Source: Acidobacteriota bacterium (GTDB lineage Bacteria; Acidobacteriota; Vicinamibacteria; Vicinamibacterales; UBA2999). Taken from it: DNA of 64,000 bases. The stretch spans positions 257,193-321,192 of the forward strand of contig JAUYQQ010000002.1 of assembly GCA_030697165.1 (NCBI GenBank). Direction: 5' to 3'. Shown here in pieces: positions 60,207 to 64,000 of this stretch (position 1 is the first letter of the stretch; each line of letters starts with the position of its first letter). The notes under the pieces are model-generated. The model saw nothing but the letters and a program-made list of their open reading frames with translations. It was not told the DNA's origin and searched no databases. The position numbers and the translations under genes were made by a program.

Positions 60207-62546
60207 CTACGCCCGCGAGCGGCGGCTGGCCTTGTCGCGATACATCCGTTCGTCCGACACCGCGAGCAGTTCTTCGACGGTGCGCCCGTCCTCGGGGAAG
60301 CGCGCGCACCCGGCGCTGATCGACAGTTGCATCCGTACGCCCGGCCGCGGCTCGAACGGGTAGTCGCGCACCGCGGCCTGCACCTCGGCCACCCGCCGCG
60401 TTTCGTGCTCGGGACTGCAGCCCCACAGCACCACCATGAACTCGTCGCCGGCAAACCGCGCGCACAAGTCGCTTTCGCGCACCGTTGACCGTAGCGCCGC
60501 GCCGACCGCGCGCAGCGCGCGGTCGCCCGCCTCGTGTCCGTAGGTATCGTTAATCTCCTTGAGCCGGTCGAGGTCGAGCCCGATCACGCTGGCCGTGCCG
60601 CCGGCGCTGGCGGCGCCGGCGATGCAAGCGCCAAACTGCTGATCGAACGATCGGCGGTTGGGCAGGGCCGTCAGCGCATCGGTCTGCGATTCGTGTTGCG
60701 TCTGCTCGTAACGGGTCGAGTTGTAGATCACCGCCGCGGCCTGCTCGCTGACGCGGCCGAACACGCGCCGGTGTTCGTCGGTGAAGCAGGCGGGCGCGTG
60801 GTGGTAAATCACGAGGGCGCCAATGCGCCGGCCGTCGCACACCAGCGGGCAGGGTAGCAGCGCCGCCAGGTCTTGACCGCGGCCGGCCCGGCCGTCGGCG
60901 CACGGCGGCAACTGTTGCGACAGGTCGCTCCACGGCCGGCCGGTCCAGGTCAGCAGCGCCTCGGTGCCGGGACCATGGGCGTAGCGGCACGAGTAGCCGT
61001 CGCTGTCGTTGCCCAGGAACAAGGCGCAGGTCACGAACGGCACCAGGCGATTGACCTTCTCGTGGATCAGCATCATCGCGTCTTCCACGCCGAGGCTCGA
61101 GCCAAGCGCCTGCGCAATCTCGTACAAGGTCTGCTCTTCGCGATGGGTGCCGGTGATGTCGTGCAGCACGCTCTGGTTCTGGTCGGCGGCTTCGTGCCCG
61201 GCGGCGCGCTGGCCCGGCAGGGCCGCCGACAGGTGCAGCCGCGCCGTCAGCAGATCGACCAGCTCCGGATCGAAGGCCGTGCCCGCATGCTCGTGCAGCA
61301 CGGCGAGCGCCGCCACGGCGCTGCGCGCCGGCCGGTACGGACGATCGATCTGCAGCGTGCTGTAACAGTCGGCAATCGCCAGGATGCGCGCACCGACTGG
61401 AATCGCGTCGCCGCGCAGGCCGGCCGGGTAGCCGAGGCCATCCCAGCGTTCGTGATGGCAGAGCACCAGTTCCGCCACCGGCGCGCCGAATGGCACGTCG
61501 CGCAGGATCTCGGCGCCGGCGCGCGGGTGGAGCTTCACGCGCTCGAACTCTTCGGGTGTCAACGCCTCGGGCTTGGCGAGAATGTGCTCGGGCACGGCCA
61601 TGTTGCCGACATCGTGCAGCAGCGCGGCGGTCCGCACCGCCTGCACCTCGGCATCCGACAGGCCCACGGCTTCGGCCAGGGTCGCGGCGTAGAGCTGAAT
61701 CGACCGAATGTGCTCGGGCGTGCAGCCGGCCTTGGCTTCAATGGCCAGCGCCAGCGCCTCGATGGTGGCCAGCTGGACGTCCATGGCGCGGCGGGTCTCG
61801 TCCTGTTCCTCGCGCAGCCGCGCAACCACCGTGTGATAACTGCGGAACACCAGGTAGAGCGGCGCCGCGAGCAGCGCCAGCCAGGCGAAAAGGCCGCGAT
61901 CCCACACCACGGTTGCTACCGCGGCCAGGGCGGCGCCCGCCAGGTAGCTTGGCGCGCTCCACAGGAAGTTGCGCCGCCAGATCCTGATCAGCGGCTGGCG
62001 GGTGGACAGCGCAATCGCGCCCGCCACGAGGGCCGTGTTGACCAGGAAGTAGAGCGGGGCGACTACCGCGGCCGCACGCACCAGCGCGGGGAGGCCGGCG
62101 CGATCCGCGCCCATCGCCAAATCAAGCGGCAGGCCGGCCACCCACACGGTGATCGTCAAGGTCGCGATGCTGAACACTACCTGGTGCAGCGGGTTGCGGG
62201 CGGCGGTGCGAAGCGTGCACTGCGCCCAGGCACTGGCCGCGGCGATCAACACCGTGGGCGACGGCCCCAACGCCAGTAAGGCCCAGAAGTTCACCGCATG
62301 CGAAAGCGAGAGGTTCGACTTGCTGCGGCCGAGCGGCAACTCGATCTTCGCCGTCGAGGTCGCCACGGCGATCACCAGCAGCATCACGAACAGCCCGAGG
62401 TCCGGCGGCGGCAGGTTGCGCGCGGCATCAGCCAGCGCCGCGACGCCCGCGACCACGACGGCGACGACGTACGCGCGCGCCGGCCGCGGCAGCGCCATCA
62501 ACTCGGCCCGGTCGGACTTCCGCCGGCTCGGCAAACCGGAGTTCAT
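60207..62546 (-). CDS. membrane HD-GYP / GAF / GGDEF (AGDEF variant) c-di-GMP signalling protein
   Basis: ~7 N-terminal TM helices; LLHDVG and HHERWDGLGYP (HD-GYP); GAF region; GGDEF domain with RESD I-site five residues before AGDEF. Start ATG 62546 (GGAG upstream) is preferred over TTG 62573. Confidence 0.85.
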   Translation of the reverse strand: MNSGLPSRRKSDRAELMALPRPARAYVVAVVVAGVAALADAARNLPPPDLGLFVMLLVIAVATSTAKIELPLGRSKSNLSLSHAVNFWALLALGPSPTVLIAAASAWAQCTLRTAARNPLHQVVFSIATLTITVWVAGLPLDLAMGADRAGLPALVRAAAVVAPLYFLVNTALVAGAIALSTRQPLIRIWRRNFLWSAPSYLAGAALAAVATVVWDRGLFAWLALLAAPLYLVFRSYHTVVARLREEQDETRRAMDVQLATIEALALAIEAKAGCTPEHIRSIQLYAATLAEAVGLSDAEVQAVRTAALLHDVGNMAVPEHILAKPEALTPEEFERVKLHPRAGAEILRDVPFGAPVAELVLCHHERWDGLGYPAGLRGDAIPVGARILAIADCYSTLQIDRPYRPARSAVAALAVLHEHAGTAFDPELVDLLTARLHLSAALPGQRAAGHEAADQNQSVLHDITGTHREEQTLYEIAQALGSSLGVEDAMMLIHEKVNRLVPFVTCALFLGNDSDGYSCRYAHGPGTEALLTWTGRPWSDLSQQLPPCADGRAGRGQDLAALLPCPLVCDGRRIGALVIYHHAPACFTDEHRRVFGRVSEQAAAVIYNSTRYEQTQHESQTDALTALPNRRSFDQQFGACIAGAASAGGTASVIGLDLDRLKEINDTYGHEAGDRALRAVGAALRSTVRESDLCARFAGDEFMVVLWGCSPEHETRRVAEVQAAVRDYPFEPRPGVRMQLSISAGCARFPEDGRTVEELLAVSDERMYRDKASRRSRA

Positions 62547-62573
62547 CAGGCTCCGCTCACCCGGCCACGACAA

Positions 62574-62836
62574 GAATCATAGAACATGACACCAATAGAC
62601 ATTGTATGACTTTATAGTCATGTAATGACGCTCTGCATTTTACGTGCCTAGCAAGGCTATCTCGGCCAGAACATGTGTTTACTGGCCTGAAATACCTAAT
62701 AACTCGGCTAAATAGTACGATTCATGGTTAATCTGTCGCGCTCGTGTGTGTGCTTTTATGTGACAGTTGGTTACCAAGCTGCCCGCCGGCTCGGACCCTG
62801 CGACGGTCCGCGGCAGTTGGGCCATAATTCGCCATC
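62574..62836. other. 263-bp divergent intergenic region with a ~190-bp AT-rich core, palindrome and hairpins
   Basis: Composition at 62580-62770 is visibly AT-rich against the GC-rich flanks. Palindrome ATGACT-ttat-AGTCAT (62606-62621); hairpin GGCCAG-n12-CTGGCC (62664-62687). Confidence 0.7.
62823..62828 (+). promoter_or_regulatory. -10-like CATAAT, 8 nt upstream of the M14 ATG 62837
   Basis: Direct reading. Confidence 0.35.
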
Positions 62837-64000
62837 ATGCGTCGTCTTTCTGTTCCCGCCATCATCCTGATCGCCATGACCCACGCCTCGGCGCAGCAGC
62901 CGGCCGAGTTGCGCACGCGAGCCGAGCTCACCAACTACGAAGAGACCAGTTCACACGCCGATGTGCAGCGGGTGACGAACGCCCTCGCCGCGTCGAGCTC
63001 GCTGGTGCATGTCGAAAGCTTTGGCACGACCGAAGAGGGCCGCGAGCTGCCGCTCTTGGTGATCTCCGATCCGAAGGTGACGACGCCGGCCGCCGCGCGC
63101 AAGCTGGGACGGCCGCTTGTGTTTGTGCAAGCCAACATCCACGCCGGCGAGGTCGAGGGCAAGGAAGCCGTGCTGGTGCTGGCCCGCCGCCTGGTCTCAG
63201 GTGACTTGAAGCCGCTGACACGGGAGCTGGTCATCCTGATCGCGCCCAACTATAACGCCGACGGCAACGAGAAGGTCAACGTGCAGAACCGCGCGGCGCA
63301 GTATGGGCCGGTGGCCGGCGTCGGGACGCGCGAGAACGCCAAGGGTCTGGACCTCAACCGCGACTACATGAAGCTCGACTCGGTCGAGGCGCGAGCGCTG
63401 GTCGGGCTGATGAACAAGTGGGATCCCCACGTGCTGGTCGACCTGCACACGACCAACGGCTCGTATCACGCCAACCACCTGACCTACTCGCCCATCCTCA
63501 ACCCGAACGCCGATGCGCGGCTGATCGAGTTCACCCGCGAGCGCATGCTGGCGCCGATTCGCGCCGCCATGTTGAAGGATCACAATTGGCGGACCTACTA
63601 CTACGGCAACTTTGCGCCCGAGGACGGATCAAGCCGCGACAGTTCGCGCGTCGACCCCGCCAACCCCGGCAACGTCACGTGGCGCACCTTTGACCATCGG
63701 CCGCGTTTCGGCAACAACTACGCGGGCTTGCGCAATCGCATCGCCATCCTGTCGGAGGCGTATAGCTACCTGGACTTCAAGGGCCGCGTCGACGTCACCG
63801 AAGATTTCGTGGCCGAGATCTGGAAGTCGGCCGCCGACAACGCCAAGCAGATCCTCCAGCTCACCGCGCAGGCCGACCGGCAGTTCACCGCCCCGCCCAA
63901 CGCCAAGCCGGTGGAACTCGGCCTCGACTTCGAGATTCGCGCGCTGCCCGAGCGGGTGGGGATCTTCGTCGGCGACGTGAAGAAGGTGCCGAACCCGCGA
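62837..64000 (+). CDS. M14-family zinc carboxypeptidase, 3'-truncated by the window edge
   Basis: Not in the ORF track because it has no stop in the window. Signal peptide MRRLSVPAIILIAMTHASAQ; IHAGEVEG (HxxE), NRDY, VDLHTTNG. Confidence 0.85.
   Translation, partial: MRRLSVPAIILIAMTHASAQQPAELRTRAELTNYEETSSHADVQRVTNALAASSSLVHVESFGTTEEGRELPLLVISDPKVTTPAAARKLGRPLVFVQANIHAGEVEGKEAVLVLARRLVSGDLKPLTRELVILIAPNYNADGNEKVNVQNRAAQYGPVAGVGTRENAKGLDLNRDYMKLDSVEARALVGLMNKWDPHVLVDLHTTNGSYHANHLTYSPILNPNADARLIEFTRERMLAPIRAAMLKDHNWRTYYYGNFAPEDGSSRDSSRVDPANPGNVTWRTFDHRPRFGNNYAGLRNRIAILSEAYSYLDFKGRVDVTEDFVAEIWKSAADNAKQILQLTAQADRQFTAPPNAKPVELGLDFEIRALPERVGIFVGDVKKVPNPR

Noticed and set aside
1-64000. A genomic island, prophage, integron, defence island, or tRNA/rRNA genes.
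   Set aside because: I saw no integrase, transposase, recombinase, phage structural gene, nuclease/ATPase defence gene or cloverleaf-like sequence in the intergenic gaps. Composition looks uniform except for short AT-rich promoter regions.

Overview
High-GC (roughly 67-69% by eye) bacterial chromosomal segment with about 50 protein-coding genes. I found no rRNA, tRNA, CRISPR array, transposase, integrase or phage gene. The gene content suggests Acidobacteriota (inference only): a PadR regulator next to a duplicated FtsX/MacB-type 'ADOP' permease, TonB-dependent receptors with CarboxypepD_reg N-termini, and a Ser/Thr kinase with TolB-like and TPR modules. The window is unusually rich in secreted hydrolases: two M14, two M28, two S9, one M19, one M81 and two beta-lactamase-fold serine hydrolases. 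It also carries transport genes (APC, GntP, two TonB receptors), redox proteins, a LytS/LytTR two-component system, an HD-GYP/GAF/GGDEF protein and two toxin-antitoxin pairs (Xre-RES, Phd-type antitoxin with PIN toxin). The best candidate for an undescribed system is a compact three-gene cassette at 10155-12415, directly behind an overlapping ECF-sigma/Ser-Thr-kinase pair. It encodes a 94-aa peptide with a two-cysteine hydrophobic tail, a SagB/ThcOx-type flavin dehydrogenase with no YcaO partner anywhere in the window, and a 290-aa protein whose C-terminal half shows a papain-fold-like Cys/His signature. Other points worth a second look: a heme-c domain fused to a PHM/DBH-like copper monooxygenase ligand set; a cytochrome c fused to an outer-membrane barrel next to an amicyanin-type cupredoxin; an 11-unit heptamer G-tract array; a 4 x 39-bp tandem repeat that copies the 3' end of a gene; a dispersed CTGTG-rich repeat that also encodes signal-peptide cores; and a recurrent -10-like hexamer 6-9 nt upstream of start codons, which suggests many leaderless mRNAs. 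All family calls rest on motif recognition by eye; no database search was run.
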